Assembly (NCBI RefSeq): GCF_023701345.1
Contig: NZ_JAMPXE010000002.1
Span: 14,109 to 78,108 of the forward strand
Reading direction: 5' to 3'
Origin: Rhodoferax sp.
GTDB taxonomy: Bacteria; Pseudomonadota; Gammaproteobacteria; Burkholderiales; Burkholderiaceae_C
DNA: 64,000 nt
Each line of letters opens with the position of its first letter. The first letter of the stretch is position 1. Below are positions 31,465 through 42,234 of the stretch, in pieces. The notes under the pieces are model-generated. The model did not search any database, was not told the DNA's origin, and was given only the letters and a program-made list of their open reading frames with translations. Both the position numbers and the translations under genes were made by a program.

Positions 31465-33837
31465 CTATTCCACCCGCGTGATCGACACCGGCTTGAAACC
31501 GAGGTCAGCCACCTTGCCCTTGCGTGCCCGTGCCGCCCGGGCGTTGTTGAGGCTGCGGATTTCCAGTGTTTCATCACGCGCCTTGCCACCGCGGCCAATG
31601 CCTTCAATGCGCACGCTTCGGGTGTAGGCGGCCGCGCCGGCCAGCGTGTCCTTGGCCTCCAAGTCCAGCAGCATCAGGCCACGGCCGCCATTGGCTTGTG
31701 GCCTGAGTTCGCTGAGCTCGAAGGTCAGAATGCGCCCGCCCGTGGAGGCACAGGCGACATGGGTGGCTGGCGCGACAGCGGTTGCGGCATTGGCCACCAA
31801 GGAGGGCTGGCACAGGGTTTCGCCCTCGTTCACGGTGACAAAGGCCTTGCCCGCTTTTTGGCGCGAGACCATGTTGGCCACCGTGGCGGTAAATCCGTAA
31901 GCCCCGGAGCTGCTCAACAACAGCGTAGCCTCCATCGGACCGGCAAAATAAGACAGCAATTGGGTGCCTGCCTCCAGTTCAATCAGGCTGGTGATCGGCT
32001 GACCGTCGCCCCGGCCACCGGGCAGCAGCGCCACCGCCACCGAATAGACGCGGCCGTTGGCGCCAAAAGCCAGCAGGGTATCGACGGAGCGGCACTCGAA
32101 CGTGCCATACAGCGCATCGCCAGCCTTGAAGTTGTATTCGGGTGTTGGCGCGCCATTGAGCCGGTCACGCGCCCAGCCTTTTTGCGTGCGCACCCAGCCT
32201 TTCTGACTGACCACCACGGTCACAGACTCGTCCACCACCTTGACTTCGAGCACCACTTTTTTCTCGGTCTGGATCAGGGTGCGGCGAGGATCAGCGAAGG
32301 TCTTGGCGTCCGCCTCGATTTCTTTCACCATCAGGCGGCGCAGCGCCGCCGGGCTGCCCAGAATTTCTTCCAGCCTGTTCTGCTCCTCACGCAGACCGGC
32401 CAGCTCCTGCTCGATCTTGATGGCCTCCAGCCGCGCCAATTGGCGCAGGCGGATTTCGAGAATGTCCTCAGCCTGCCGCTCCGACAGATTGAAACGCGCG
32501 ATCAAGGCCGCCTTGGGTTCGTCGGCCTGGCGGATGATGGCGATCACCTCGTCAATGTTGAGCAACACCAGCGCCCGGCCTTCCAGGATGTGGATGCGGT
32601 CCAGCACCTTGGTCAGCCGGTGGCGGGTGCGCCGCTCGATGGTGGTCTGCCGGAACGCAATCCACTCGGTGACCATCTGGCGCAGCGACTTGAGTGTGGG
32701 CCGGCCATCGAGCCCGATCATGGTCAGGTTGATCGGGCTTGACGTTTCCAGGCTGGTATGCGCCAGCAGCGTATTGATGAGCTCCTGCTGGCCGATCTTG
32801 CTGGTCTTGGGCTCGCACACCAGGCGCACGGCCGCGTCCTTGCTGGACTCGTCGCGCACGCCGTCGAGCACCGACAGCACGGTGGCCTTGAGCTGGTTTT
32901 GCTCCAGCGACAGGGCTTTCTTGCCGGCCTTGATCTTGGGGTTGGTCAGCTCTTCAATTTCTTCGAGCACGCGCTGGGTGCTGACACCGGGCGGCAACTC
33001 GGTCACCACCAGTTGCCACTGGCCGCGCGCCAGTTCTTCGATCTTCCAGCGGGCCCGGCATTTCAAGGAACCGCGACCGCTGCGGTAGGCCTCGGCAATC
33101 TCGGCGGCGCTGCTGATGATCTGGCCGCCGCCGGGAAAGTCCGGGCCCGGCAGCAGGGCAAACAATTCATCGTCCAGCAGGTTCGGCGTCTTGATCAGCG
33201 CCACGCAGGCATCGGCCACCTCGCGCAGGTTGTGGCTCGGGATTTCGGTGGCCAGGCCCACGGCGATGCCGCTGGCGCCGTTGAGCAGGGCAAACGGCAG
33301 GCGCGCCGGCAGCTGCTTGGGCTCCTCGGTGGAGCCGTCGTAGTTGGGTGAAAAATCGACCGTGCCCTCGTCGATTTCGTCGAGCAATAGGCTGGTGATT
33401 TTGGCCAACCGCGCCTCGGTGTAACGCATGGCGGCAGCGCCGTCGCCGTCGCGACTGCCAAAGTTGCCCTGGCCGTCGATCAGCGGGTAACGCTGCGAAA
33501 AGTCTTGCGCCATACGCACCAGCGCGTCGTAGGCGGCACTGTCGCCGTGCGGGTGGTAACGGCCCAACACATCACCCACCACGCGCGCACATTTGACCGG
33601 TTTGGCCCCGGTGTTGCCATTGGCGCCACCAAAACCCAGGCCCATGCGGCTCATGGCATACAAAATGCGCCGCTGCACCGGTTTCTGACCGTCACACACA
33701 TCCGGCAAGGCGCGCCCCTTGACCACGCTAAGGGCGTATTCCAGATAGGCCTGCTGGGCATAAGTGGCCAGGTTCAGCGCGTCGTCACCCTCGGGCTGGG
33801 CCGGGGCCGGGGGTTCAAAAATGAGTTGATCAGTCAT
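31465..33837 (-). CDS. parC: DNA topoisomerase IV subunit A
   Basis: [24 protein letters not shown] (catalytic Tyr). Lies next to parE. Confidence 0.95.
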   Translation of the reverse strand: MTDQLIFEPPAPAQPEGDDALNLATYAQQAYLEYALSVVKGRALPDVCDGQKPVQRRILYAMSRMGLGFGGANGNTGAKPVKCARVVGDVLGRYHPHGDSAAYDALVRMAQDFSQRYPLIDGQGNFGSRDGDGAAAMRYTEARLAKITSLLLDEIDEGTVDFSPNYDGSTEEPKQLPARLPFALLNGASGIAVGLATEIPSHNLREVADACVALIKTPNLLDDELFALLPGPDFPGGGQIISSAAEIAEAYRSGRGSLKCRARWKIEELARGQWQLVVTELPPGVSTQRVLEEIEELTNPKIKAGKKALSLEQNQLKATVLSVLDGVRDESSKDAAVRLVCEPKTSKIGQQELINTLLAHTSLETSSPINLTMIGLDGRPTLKSLRQMVTEWIAFRQTTIERRTRHRLTKVLDRIHILEGRALVLLNIDEVIAIIRQADEPKAALIARFNLSERQAEDILEIRLRQLARLEAIKIEQELAGLREEQNRLEEILGSPAALRRLMVKEIEADAKTFADPRRTLIQTEKKVVLEVKVVDESVTVVVSQKGWVRTQKGWARDRLNGAPTPEYNFKAGDALYGTFECRSVDTLLAFGANGRVYSVAVALLPGGRGDGQPITSLIELEAGTQLLSYFAGPMEATLLLSSSGAYGFTATVANMVSRQKAGKAFVTVNEGETLCQPSLVANAATAVAPATHVACASTGGRILTFELSELRPQANGGRGLMLLDLEAKDTLAGAAAYTRSVRIEGIGRGGKARDETLEIRSLNNARAARARKGKVADLGFKPVSITRVE

Positions 33838-33894
33838 AAAACCAGTTTCAAAAATTCAAAAATCAAGTAGCCTCATCATTGCGCCAGGTAACCC

Positions 33895-33970
33895 GCGAGG
33901 CAGGCAGTCTGGGCAACTTCCTCATACTGGAGTACCAGAAATCGTCAGTCCCCCAGACTGCCCACCTCGC
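33895..33970 (-). other. Long intergenic stem-loop between parE and parC
   Basis: 19-nt arms (33895-33913 / 33952-33970) with 17 Watson-Crick pairs. The other two positions are G-U pairs on the minus (mRNA) strand only. Confidence 0.6.
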
Positions 33971-34018
33971 TAGACGCATCGATGAATCGAGCAGTAGCCA
34001 GCCCAATTTATCCGACAG

Positions 34019-35989
34019 TTAAACATCAATCTCCACCGAATCCCCGTGCAACTCCATCAACTCCCGGCGCGCCGCAGCCTCCCCCTTGCCCATCAGCTTG
34101 GTCATGAGTTCGGAGGTTTGCAGCACACTCAAGCTGCCCAAATGCACCGGCAGTAACCTGCGGGTGTCGGGATTCAGCGTGGTGTCCCACAACTGTTCGG
34201 CGTTCATCTCGCCCAGGCCCTTGAAGCGGCTGATGGTCCAGGTGCCTTCGCGCACGCCTTCCTTGCGCAGCTTGTCCAGAATGGCGGTGAGTTCGCCTTC
34301 ATCGAGGGCATAGGCCTTGGACGCGGGCTTTTTGCCGCGTGCCGGCGCATCCACCCGGAACAGCGGCGGGCGGGCCACAAAGACATGACCGGTGTCGATT
34401 AGCTTGGGAAAATGCTTGAAAAACAAGGTTAGCAACAGCACCTGGATGTGCGAACCGTCCACGTCAGCATCACTCAAAATGCAAATCTTGCCGTAGCGCA
34501 GGCCGCTCAGATCGGGGGCGTCATCGGGTCCGTGCGGATCGACGCCAATGGCCACGGCAATGTCGTGGATTTCGTTGTTGGCAAAAAGGCGGTCACGCTC
34601 GACTTCCCAGGTGTTCAGGACCTTGCCGCGCAAGGGCAGCACAGCCTGGCTTTCCTTGTTGCGCCCCATCTTGGCGCTGCCGCCCGCCGAGTCACCTTCG
34701 ACCAGAAAAACCTCGTTCTCGGCAATGTCGCGGCTCTCGCAGTCGGTGAGCTTGCCCGGCAACACCGCCACGCCCGAGCCCTTGCGCTTTTCAACCTTTT
34801 GGCCTGCCTTCTGGCGGCTTTGCGCGGCCTTGATGGCAATCTCGGCCAGCTTCTTGCCGTATTCCACATTCTGGTTCAGCCACAGCTCCAGCGCCGGCCG
34901 GACAAAGCTGGACACCAGCCGCACCGCATCACGCGAGTTCAGTCGCTCCTTGATCTGGCCCTGGAACTGCGGGTCGAGCACCTTGGTCGACAACACATAA
35001 CTGGCGCGCGCAAAGACGTCGTCGGGCAGCAGCTTGACGCCCTTGGGCAACAGCGAATGCATTTCCACAAAGCTTTTCACCGCCGTGTACAAACCATCGC
35101 GCAAGCCCGACTCGTGCGTGCCACCGGCGGGAGTCGGGATCAGGTTGACATAACTTTCGCGCACCGGCTGGCCGTCTTCGGTGAAGGCCACGCACCAGGC
35201 CGCGCCCTCGCCCTCGGCAAAACTGTCGTGCTGGGCGTCGGCAAAACCCTCGCCTTCAAACAGCGGAATGACCGGCTCACCGGTCAGGGTCTGCGTCAGG
35301 TAATCGCGCAAGCCTCCCTTGAACACCCAGGTCTGGGACTCTTTGGTTTTCTCCTGCACCAGCGTCACCGAAACGCCTGGCATCAACACCGCCTTGCTGC
35401 GCAACAGGTGCTCCAGATGCGCCATCGGCAGTACCATCGACTCAAAATATTTACCGTCGGGCCAGACCCGCACCGTGGTACCCGACTTGCGGTCGCCCTC
35501 GCCTGCCGGTCGCACGCTCAGGGGCTCGATCACGTTGCCACCGGCAAACACCAGGCGTGCCACCTGGCCTTCGCGGTAGGTAGTGGCCTCCAGGCGCAGC
35601 GACAAGGCATTGGTCACGCTCACACCCACGCCATGCAGGCCACCGGAAAAACTGTAGGCACCGCCCTGGCCCTTGTCAAATTTGCCACCGGCGTGCAACT
35701 GGGTAAATACCAGTTCGATCACCGGCGCATGCTCGGTGGGGTGCATGCCGAAGGGAATGCCACGGCCATCGTCTTCGACGGTGATCGATCCGTCGGCATG
35801 GACGATGGTCTTGATCTTTTTGCCGTGCCCGGCCAGCGCTTCGTCAGCGGCGTTATCCAGCACCTCCTGGATGACGTGCATCGGGTTGTCGGTGCGGGTG
35901 TACATGCCCGGACGCTGTTTGACCGGCTCCAGCCCTTTCAGGACGCGGATCGAGTTTTCGGAATATTCGGGGGTGGGTTTGCTTGCCAT
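34019..35989 (-). CDS. parE: DNA topoisomerase IV subunit B
   Basis: EVLDNAADE, DDGRGIP, GGLHGVG, EGDSAGG, PLRGK, DADVDG. Confidence 0.95.
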   Translation of the reverse strand: MASKPTPEYSENSIRVLKGLEPVKQRPGMYTRTDNPMHVIQEVLDNAADEALAGHGKKIKTIVHADGSITVEDDGRGIPFGMHPTEHAPVIELVFTQLHAGGKFDKGQGGAYSFSGGLHGVGVSVTNALSLRLEATTYREGQVARLVFAGGNVIEPLSVRPAGEGDRKSGTTVRVWPDGKYFESMVLPMAHLEHLLRSKAVLMPGVSVTLVQEKTKESQTWVFKGGLRDYLTQTLTGEPVIPLFEGEGFADAQHDSFAEGEGAAWCVAFTEDGQPVRESYVNLIPTPAGGTHESGLRDGLYTAVKSFVEMHSLLPKGVKLLPDDVFARASYVLSTKVLDPQFQGQIKERLNSRDAVRLVSSFVRPALELWLNQNVEYGKKLAEIAIKAAQSRQKAGQKVEKRKGSGVAVLPGKLTDCESRDIAENEVFLVEGDSAGGSAKMGRNKESQAVLPLRGKVLNTWEVERDRLFANNEIHDIAVAIGVDPHGPDDAPDLSGLRYGKICILSDADVDGSHIQVLLLTLFFKHFPKLIDTGHVFVARPPLFRVDAPARGKKPASKAYALDEGELTAILDKLRKEGVREGTWTISRFKGLGEMNAEQLWDTTLNPDTRRLLPVHLGSLSVLQTSELMTKLMGKGEAAARRELMELHGDSVEIDV

Positions 35990-36145
35990 AACAGCGCATT
36001 GTAATCAGCCGGTTTTTAAACAACTGGATGGATAACCAGTCTTCAAAATTCACCGCTTCACCGGCGTTGCCCATGCCATCGACTTGGCGCAGCCGCTGAC
36101 AGCAGAACCCGACATGGCAACAAACGGCCCGGGAGTAACATCGAC

Positions 36146-36177
36146 ACATCAGGGAAAACCCTGATGTTGCTTTTTTT
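36146..36177 (+). promoter_or_regulatory. Perfect palindrome ACATCAGGG-AAAA-CCCTGATGT followed by a T-run, upstream of the LivK-like gene
   Basis: 9-bp arms and T7 at 36171-36177. Either a terminator in a leader or a transcription-factor site. Confidence 0.5.
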
Positions 36178-36201
36178 CATTTGAAACTCTGATCACCGAC
36201 C

Positions 36202-37350
36202 ATGAAATTGACCTCTACCCATTACGTTTCACTTCGTCTCACTGCCCTTGCCGTGTTGGGACTCACCACTGTCTTCGCCAGCGCACAGGATGTGCAAACC
36301 GTGCGTATCGCCCACGCCGGCCCGACTTCGGGTGGCATTGCCCACATCGGCAAAGATACAGAAAACGGCGTGCGCATGGCCATTGACGAACTGAACACCC
36401 AGGCCATCGTCATTGGCGGCAAGAAAATCAAATTTGAACTGGCGGCCGAGGACGACGCCGGCGACCCGCGTCAGGCCACCGCAGTGGCACAAAAGCTGTG
36501 CGACTCCAAAGTGGCTGGCGTGGTCGGCCACTTGCAGTCGGGCACCACCATCCCGGCTTCATCCGTGTACAACAAATGCGATCTGCCCCACATCACGGTG
36601 GCAGCCACCAACCCCGACGTAACCAAGCGCGGCTACGCCACCACTTTCCGCCTGATTGCCGACGACAACGCGCTGGGTGCGGCGCTGGCCGTGTATGCCA
36701 GCGACAAGCTCAAACTCAAAACGGTTGCCGTCATTGATGACCGCACGGCCTATGGCCAGGGTTTGGCCAACGTCTTCAAGGCCACCGCCAAACAAAAGGG
36801 CATGCAGATCCTGGCCGAAGAGTTCACCACGGACAAGGCCACCGATTTCATGGCCATCCTGACCAACATCAAGAGCAAGAAACCAGATGCCATCTTTTAC
36901 GGCGGCCTCGACTCCCAGGCCGGCCCCATGCTGCGCCAGATGGCGCAGCTGGGCATGTCCAATGTGAAGTTCTTTGGCGGTGACGGCCTGTGCACCGAGA
37001 AGCTGGCTGAGCTTTCCAGCAAGGCGGCTGCACTCAAGGGCGTCACCTGCGCCACGGGCGGTGCTTCAGTGCAAAAAATGCAGGGCGGCGCGGCCTGGAA
37101 GAAAAAATACGATGCCCGTTTTCCTGGCCAGTTCCAGATTTACAGCCCCTACGCCTACGATGCCACCTATGTTTTGGTGGATGCCATGAAGCGCGCCCAG
37201 TCCGTCGATCCCGCGGTCTACACCCCGTTCATCGGCAAAACCAAGCTCAAGGGTATCACCGCCAACATCGCCTTCACCCCGAAAAACGAGTTGACCGTGC
37301 CCGCCGTGACGCTGTACTCTTACAAGGACAACGTGCGCGCAGAGCATTAA
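36202..37350 (+). CDS. Branched-chain amino acid ABC transporter substrate-binding protein (orphan, LivK-like)
   Basis: Signal peptide, GPTSGGIAHIGKD, EDDAGDP, GHLQSG, DDRTAYGQG. Confidence 0.88.
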   Translation: MKLTSTHYVSLRLTALAVLGLTTVFASAQDVQTVRIAHAGPTSGGIAHIGKDTENGVRMAIDELNTQAIVIGGKKIKFELAAEDDAGDPRQATAVAQKLCDSKVAGVVGHLQSGTTIPASSVYNKCDLPHITVAATNPDVTKRGYATTFRLIADDNALGAALAVYASDKLKLKTVAVIDDRTAYGQGLANVFKATAKQKGMQILAEEFTTDKATDFMAILTNIKSKKPDAIFYGGLDSQAGPMLRQMAQLGMSNVKFFGGDGLCTEKLAELSSKAAALKGVTCATGGASVQKMQGGAAWKKKYDARFPGQFQIYSPYAYDATYVLVDAMKRAQSVDPAVYTPFIGKTKLKGITANIAFTPKNELTVPAVTLYSYKDNVRAEH

Positions 37351-37402
37351 GGCTTAAAGACCTGGCGGGTGCGGGGCGGGCATAGTTCGGTATATTCCAC
37401 GC

Positions 37403-38623
37403 ATGTCGCATCCCGCCAAAACACTTTCCATGAACCAGGTCCTGCTATGCGGAGCCGCCATCGTCACGATTTCAATGGGCATCCGGCACGGCTTTGGGCT
37501 GTGGCTGCAGCCCATGACACAAGACCTGAACTGGAGCCGCGAAACCTTTGCCTTCGCCCTGGCCATCCAAAACCTGGTGTGGGGATTGACCGGCGTTTTG
37601 GCCGGCATGCTGGCCGATCGCTTTGGCGCTTTTCGCGTCATCGTGGGTGGCGCCCTGCTTTACGCCCTGGGGCTGCTGGGCATGGCCTATGCCACCACCG
37701 CGCTGCTGCTGTCGCTGAGTGCCGGGGTGCTGATAGGCATGGCGCAAGCGGGCACCACCTATGCCATCATTTACGGCGTGATTGGCCGCAACATCAGCGC
37801 CAGCAAACGCTCCTGGGCCATGGGCGTGGCGGCAGCGGCGGGCTCCTTTGGTCAGTTCCTGATGGTGCCGACCGAGGGTTTCCTGATTGACAGTCTGGGC
37901 TGGCAGCAGGCCCTGGTGGCGCTGGCGCTGGCGGCGCTGCTGATCATGCCACTGGCCTGGGGCCTGCGTGAGCCGGGGTTCAGGGGCGGCGCCGGGCATT
38001 TTCGCGAGCAGTCCATTATGCAGGCGCTGCGCGAGGCCTTTCAATACCGCAGCTTCCAGTTGCTGATGGCCGGTTATTTTGTCTGCGGCTTCCAGGTGGT
38101 GTTCATTGGTGTGCACATGCCGAGCTACCTGAAAGACCAGGGACTCGCGTCCAACGTGGCCAGCATCTCCCTGGCGCTGATTGGCCTGTTCAATGTGTTT
38201 GGCACCTACGCCGCAGGCGTGCTGGGCCAGCGCATGCAAAAGAAAAACATCCTGGCCTTCATTTATTTTGCGCGCGCTGTCGTCATCAGCATCTTTTTGC
38301 TGGTGCCGCTGTCGCCCATGAGCGTCTACGTGTTCTCGGCCGTGATGGGCCTGCTGTGGCTGTCCACCGTGCCGCCGACCAATGCCACCGTGGCGCAGAT
38401 TTTTGGTGTGGCGCATTTGTCCATGCTTGGAGGCTTTGTTTTCTTCAGCCACCAGATCGGCTCTTTCATGGGCGTCTGGCTGGGCGGCTATCTGTTTGAC
38501 CGCACCGGCAGCTACGACATCGTTTGGTACATCGCGATTGCACTGGGCGTGCTGGCAGCGCTGGTCAACCTGCCGATCAAGGAAGCCGCCATTGTGCGCA
38601 CACCGGTGCCCCAGGGGGCCTGA
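37403..38623 (+). CDS. MFS transporter
   Basis: GMLADRFG motif A and about 12 TM segments. Confidence 0.9.
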   Translation: MSHPAKTLSMNQVLLCGAAIVTISMGIRHGFGLWLQPMTQDLNWSRETFAFALAIQNLVWGLTGVLAGMLADRFGAFRVIVGGALLYALGLLGMAYATTALLLSLSAGVLIGMAQAGTTYAIIYGVIGRNISASKRSWAMGVAAAAGSFGQFLMVPTEGFLIDSLGWQQALVALALAALLIMPLAWGLREPGFRGGAGHFREQSIMQALREAFQYRSFQLLMAGYFVCGFQVVFIGVHMPSYLKDQGLASNVASISLALIGLFNVFGTYAAGVLGQRMQKKNILAFIYFARAVVISIFLLVPLSPMSVYVFSAVMGLLWLSTVPPTNATVAQIFGVAHLSMLGGFVFFSHQIGSFMGVWLGGYLFDRTGSYDIVWYIAIALGVLAALVNLPIKEAAIVRTPVPQGA

Positions 38624-38627
38624 CGCC

Positions 38628-38753
38628 ATGAAACCGGTCCAGAAAGTCCTGCTCTACACCGGCTTGGCTGTGGTGCTGGGGCTGGTGTTTGCCATGTACA
38701 CCCAGCCCGACTTTGTCATGACGCTGGCCAACCAGGTGTGGGGTTGCTTTTAG
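38628..38753 (+). CDS. Small single-TM membrane protein (41 aa)
   Basis: MKPVQKVLLYTGLAVVLGLVFAMYTQPDFVMTLANQVWGCF. Fills the gap between the MFS and the methyltransferase; its stop overlaps the next start. Confidence 0.6.
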   Translation: MKPVQKVLLYTGLAVVLGLVFAMYTQPDFVMTLANQVWGCF

Positions 38754-39328
38754 TGTCTGATCACAACTTGAGTGAGCCCTCTGACTGGGTGCAACACTGG
38801 CAGCATTTGATCCACCCCAACGCGCGCGTGCTGGACGTGGCTTGCGGCTCGGGTCGCCACATGGCATGGCTGAGCCAACGGGGCTGCAATTGCACCGGCA
38901 TCGACCGCTCGGCGGAGGCGCTGGCGCAAGCCGGCCGCTTCGGCGACACGGTCCAGGCGGACATCGAAGGCGGTCCCTGGCCCCTGATGCAGCACGGCCT
39001 GCCGCAACAATTTGACGTGGTGCTGGTCACCAATTACCTGTGGCGGCCGCTGTTTCCCGTATTGCTGCAAAGCCTGGCACCAGATGGCTTGCTGCTTTAT
39101 GAAACCTTTGCCCAGGGCAACGAAACCGTAGGCAAACCGGCCCGGCCCGATTTCTTGCTGCAAACCGGCGAATTGCTGCAACTCTGCCAGAGCCTGCGCA
39201 TAGTGGCGTTTGAGGATGGTTTCCTGCCGAACCCGGAGCGCTTTGTGCAGCGCATTGCGGCTTTCAGGCCCTTGCAAGCCTTTAACACGGCATCGTCACC
39301 CGCGCGTTACCCGCTCTCGCTAAAATGA
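38753..39328 (+). CDS. Class I SAM-dependent methyltransferase
   Basis: [29 protein letters not shown]. Confidence 0.85.
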   Translation: MSDHNLSEPSDWVQHWQHLIHPNARVLDVACGSGRHMAWLSQRGCNCTGIDRSAEALAQAGRFGDTVQADIEGGPWPLMQHGLPQQFDVVLVTNYLWRPLFPVLLQSLAPDGLLLYETFAQGNETVGKPARPDFLLQTGELLQLCQSLRIVAFEDGFLPNPERFVQRIAAFRPLQAFNTASSPARYPLSLK

Positions 39329-39356
39329 TACGTTAATCCAATTACCAGAAGACAAG

Positions 39357-40250
39357 ATGTCAAACTCCACGCCCCAACTTACCGGCAGTATTGTTGCCCT
39401 GGTCACCCCCATGCATCCTGACGGCAGCGTGGACTACCCGGCGCTGCGCAAACTGATCGACTGGCACATTGCCGAGGGAACGGATTGCATTGGCGTGGTC
39501 GGCACCACCGGCGAGTCGCCCACCGTCAGTGTCGAAGAGCACCGTGAGATCATCCGTGTCGCCGTGGAACAGGCTGCCAGGCGCGTGCCTATCATGGCCG
39601 GCTGCGGTTCCAACTGCACCGCTGAAGCCATTGAACTGACCAAATTCGCCAAAAAAGTGGGCGCCGATTACCAGTTGCAGGTGGTGCCTTACTACAACAA
39701 GCCGACCCAGGAAGGCCAGTACCAGCACTTCAAGGCCATTGCCGAAGCCGTTGACCTGCCCATGGTGTTGTACAACGTGCCCGGGCGCACGGTGGCAGAC
39801 ATGACCATTGAAACGGCGCTGCGCCTGGCCCAGGTGCCCGGCATCGTGGGCATCAAGGAAGCCACCGGCAACATGGACCGTGCCCAATGGCTGATTCGCG
39901 AGGCCCCCAGGCACTTTGCCATTTATTCAGGTGACGACCCCACCGCAGTGGCGTTGATGCTGTGCGGTGGTCATGGCAACGTCAGCGTCACGGCCAATGT
40001 GGCCCCGCGCCTGATGCACGAACTGTGCATGGCAGCCATCGCCGGTGATGTCAAACGCGCCATGGAAATTCAATTCAAATTGATGCCACTGCATAAGAAC
40101 CTGTTTGTCGAAGCCAACCCGATCCCTGTGAAATGGGCCGTGGCACGCATGAACCTGTGTGGCGGAACGCTGCGTTTGCCCATGACGGAGCTGACCCCCG
40201 CCTACGTGCCGGTGGTAGAAGCCGCCTTGCGCGACGTTGGCCTGCTTTGA
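39357..40250 (+). CDS. dapA: 4-hydroxy-tetrahydrodipicolinate synthase
   Basis: [28 protein letters not shown]. Confidence 0.95.
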   Translation: MSNSTPQLTGSIVALVTPMHPDGSVDYPALRKLIDWHIAEGTDCIGVVGTTGESPTVSVEEHREIIRVAVEQAARRVPIMAGCGSNCTAEAIELTKFAKKVGADYQLQVVPYYNKPTQEGQYQHFKAIAEAVDLPMVLYNVPGRTVADMTIETALRLAQVPGIVGIKEATGNMDRAQWLIREAPRHFAIYSGDDPTAVALMLCGGHGNVSVTANVAPRLMHELCMAAIAGDVKRAMEIQFKLMPLHKNLFVEANPIPVKWAVARMNLCGGTLRLPMTELTPAYVPVVEAALRDVGLL

Positions 40251-40306
40251 CGCCAGGCTGCTCCGCTGTCCCCCGCTGAACCGATCTTTGACCCAAAGGA
40301 ACCTTT

Positions 40307-41389
40307 GTGAACCCTATTTCCAGAATTGCACTCCTTGGCCTGACCCTGACCCTGGGCGCGTGCTCGGTGCTCGAGACCGACAAGGTGGACTACAAAAGTG
40401 CCGGCAAGGCGCCGACACTTGAAGTGCCACCTGACCTGACCCAGCTGTCGCGCGAAACACGTTATGCCGTACCTGGCGCAGCGGTCACCGCTTCCAGTTT
40501 TCAAATTGGCCAGCTTGCCACTCAAACCACGCCCACAGCGGCAACGTCCTTGGGTGATGTGCGCATCGAGCGCGCCGGCACCCAACGCTGGCTGGTCATC
40601 AGCCGCCCGGCCGACAAATTGTGGGAGCCGGTGAAAGACTTCTGGCTGGAAAACGGTTTTTTATTGGTGATGGACCAGGCCAACCTGGGCATCATGGAAA
40701 CCGACTGGGCAGAAAACCGGGCCAAAATCCCGCAGGACATCATCCGCAACACCATTGGCAAGGTGTTTGATTCGCTGTACTCCACCGGCGAACGTGACAA
40801 GTTTCGCACCCGTCTGGAACGCAACCCCAGCGGCGGCACCGACATTTTCATCAGCCACCGCGGCATGATCGAGGTCTATAGCTCGACCTCCAAAGACCAG
40901 ACCGTGTGGCAGCCCCGTGCCGCCGACCCCGAGCTCGAAACCGAATTTTTGCGCCGCCTGATGGTCAAGCTTGGCATCTCCGAGGTGCAATCCAAAGCCC
41001 TGGTCGCCGCCGGGCCGGGCAGCACAGGCGCCCAGATGGACACCGTCAACGGCCAGCCTGTGGTGCGCCTGAATGACGAATTTGACCGTGCCTGGCGCCG
41101 GGTGGGTCTGGCGCTGGACCGCACCAATTTCACCGTGGAAGACCGTGACCGCAGCAAAGGCATTTACTTTGTGCGTTATGTGGCGCCCAACGCCGACAAG
41201 GCCGAACCGGGCTTCTTTGGCAAACTCTTCGGCTCTTCCAAGCCCGACAGTGCACCGCAAAAATTCACCATCTCGGTACAGAGCCAGGGCAACACCAGCA
41301 CGGTGTCGGTGCAAAACGCGAATGGCAGTCAAGCGGCGATGGCTGACGCGCAGCGCATCGTCAAAGTGTTGGCGGACGACCTCAAGTAA
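40307..41389 (+). CDS. bamC: Outer membrane protein assembly lipoprotein
   Basis: Lipobox LGAC, LEVPPDL, METDWAENRA, RDKFRTRLER. Follows dapA as usual. Confidence 0.9.
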   Translation: MNPISRIALLGLTLTLGACSVLETDKVDYKSAGKAPTLEVPPDLTQLSRETRYAVPGAAVTASSFQIGQLATQTTPTAATSLGDVRIERAGTQRWLVISRPADKLWEPVKDFWLENGFLLVMDQANLGIMETDWAENRAKIPQDIIRNTIGKVFDSLYSTGERDKFRTRLERNPSGGTDIFISHRGMIEVYSSTSKDQTVWQPRAADPELETEFLRRLMVKLGISEVQSKALVAAGPGSTGAQMDTVNGQPVVRLNDEFDRAWRRVGLALDRTNFTVEDRDRSKGIYFVRYVAPNADKAEPGFFGKLFGSSKPDSAPQKFTISVQSQGNTSTVSVQNANGSQAAMADAQRIVKVLADDLK

Positions 41390-41403
41390 GAAAAAAGAAA
41401 ACC

Positions 41404-41499
41404 GTCACTGCGAGCCCTTCGGCGGGCTCAGGACAGGCGGTAGCGCGGCAGTCGATGCCGTCGGAAGTCATGGTTTGCTTCACTTGCGCTCGCAATGTC
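41404..41499. repeat. Degenerate copy of the 272-349 element, with a 24-nt insert
   Basis: GTCACTGCGAGC-[CCTTCGGCGGGCTCAGGACAGGCG]-GTAGCGCGGCAGTC ... CATGGTTTGC ... CTCGCAATGTC. Lies between convergent genes. Confidence 0.7.
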
Positions 41500-41508
41500 G
41501 TCGCTGAT

Positions 41509-42234
41509 TCAGTCCAGCCAGCGGGTGAACTCTGACACCGCTTCACGCGGAGTGCGGAAGCTGTTCACCAACTGCTCCGTATCCGCGTAACCCAGGGCCA
41601 TGCCGCACACCAGCATTTCGTCCGGGCCGGCGCCAATGTGCGGCAGGATCAGACTGGCATAGCCGTTCCACGCCGCCTGCGGGCAGGTATGCAAGCCACG
41701 GGCGCGCGCCGCCACCATGATGTTCTGCAGAAACATGCCGTAATCGAGCAAGGAGCCGCGCCCCATGATCCGGTTGATGGTGAACATCAGGCCCACCGGG
41801 GCGTCAAAAAACTTGTAGTTGCGCTGGTGCTGCGCATGCATTTTGTCCTTGTCACCCTTGCCAATGCCGAGCAAGTTGTACAGGCCCCAGCCATTTTCTC
41901 GGCGCCGGTCAATGTAGGGGCTGACCCACTTTTCAGGGTAATAGTCATATTCTTCGCAGTACGCGGCGGCCAGCGCCGGGTTGGCACGCAGCGCATCATG
42001 GGCGGCACAGACCTTGTCCACCAGACTGTTGCGGCTATTGCCTTGCAGCACATAGACCTTCCAGGGTTGGGTGTTGGTGCCCGACGGGGCCCGGCTTGCC
42101 ACCTGCAGGATGTCGTGCAGGGCCTGCTGCGTTACCGCCCGTTGGGTAAAGGCGCGGGCAGACATGCGCGAGGTGATGGCGGTGTCCACGGTGGCTGCGT
42201 TCAGTTCTGAATCAGACAATTTTTCTGGGGTCAA
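41509..42234 (-). CDS. Nitroreductase-family protein
   Basis: SRMSARAF, APSGTNTQPW, FFDAP, ARGLHTCPQ. TTG start. Confidence 0.88.
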   Translation of the reverse strand: MTPEKLSDSELNAATVDTAITSRMSARAFTQRAVTQQALHDILQVASRAPSGTNTQPWKVYVLQGNSRNSLVDKVCAAHDALRANPALAAAYCEEYDYYPEKWVSPYIDRRRENGWGLYNLLGIGKGDKDKMHAQHQRNYKFFDAPVGLMFTINRIMGRGSLLDYGMFLQNIMVAARARGLHTCPQAAWNGYASLILPHIGAGPDEMLVCGMALGYADTEQLVNSFRTPREAVSEFTRWLD

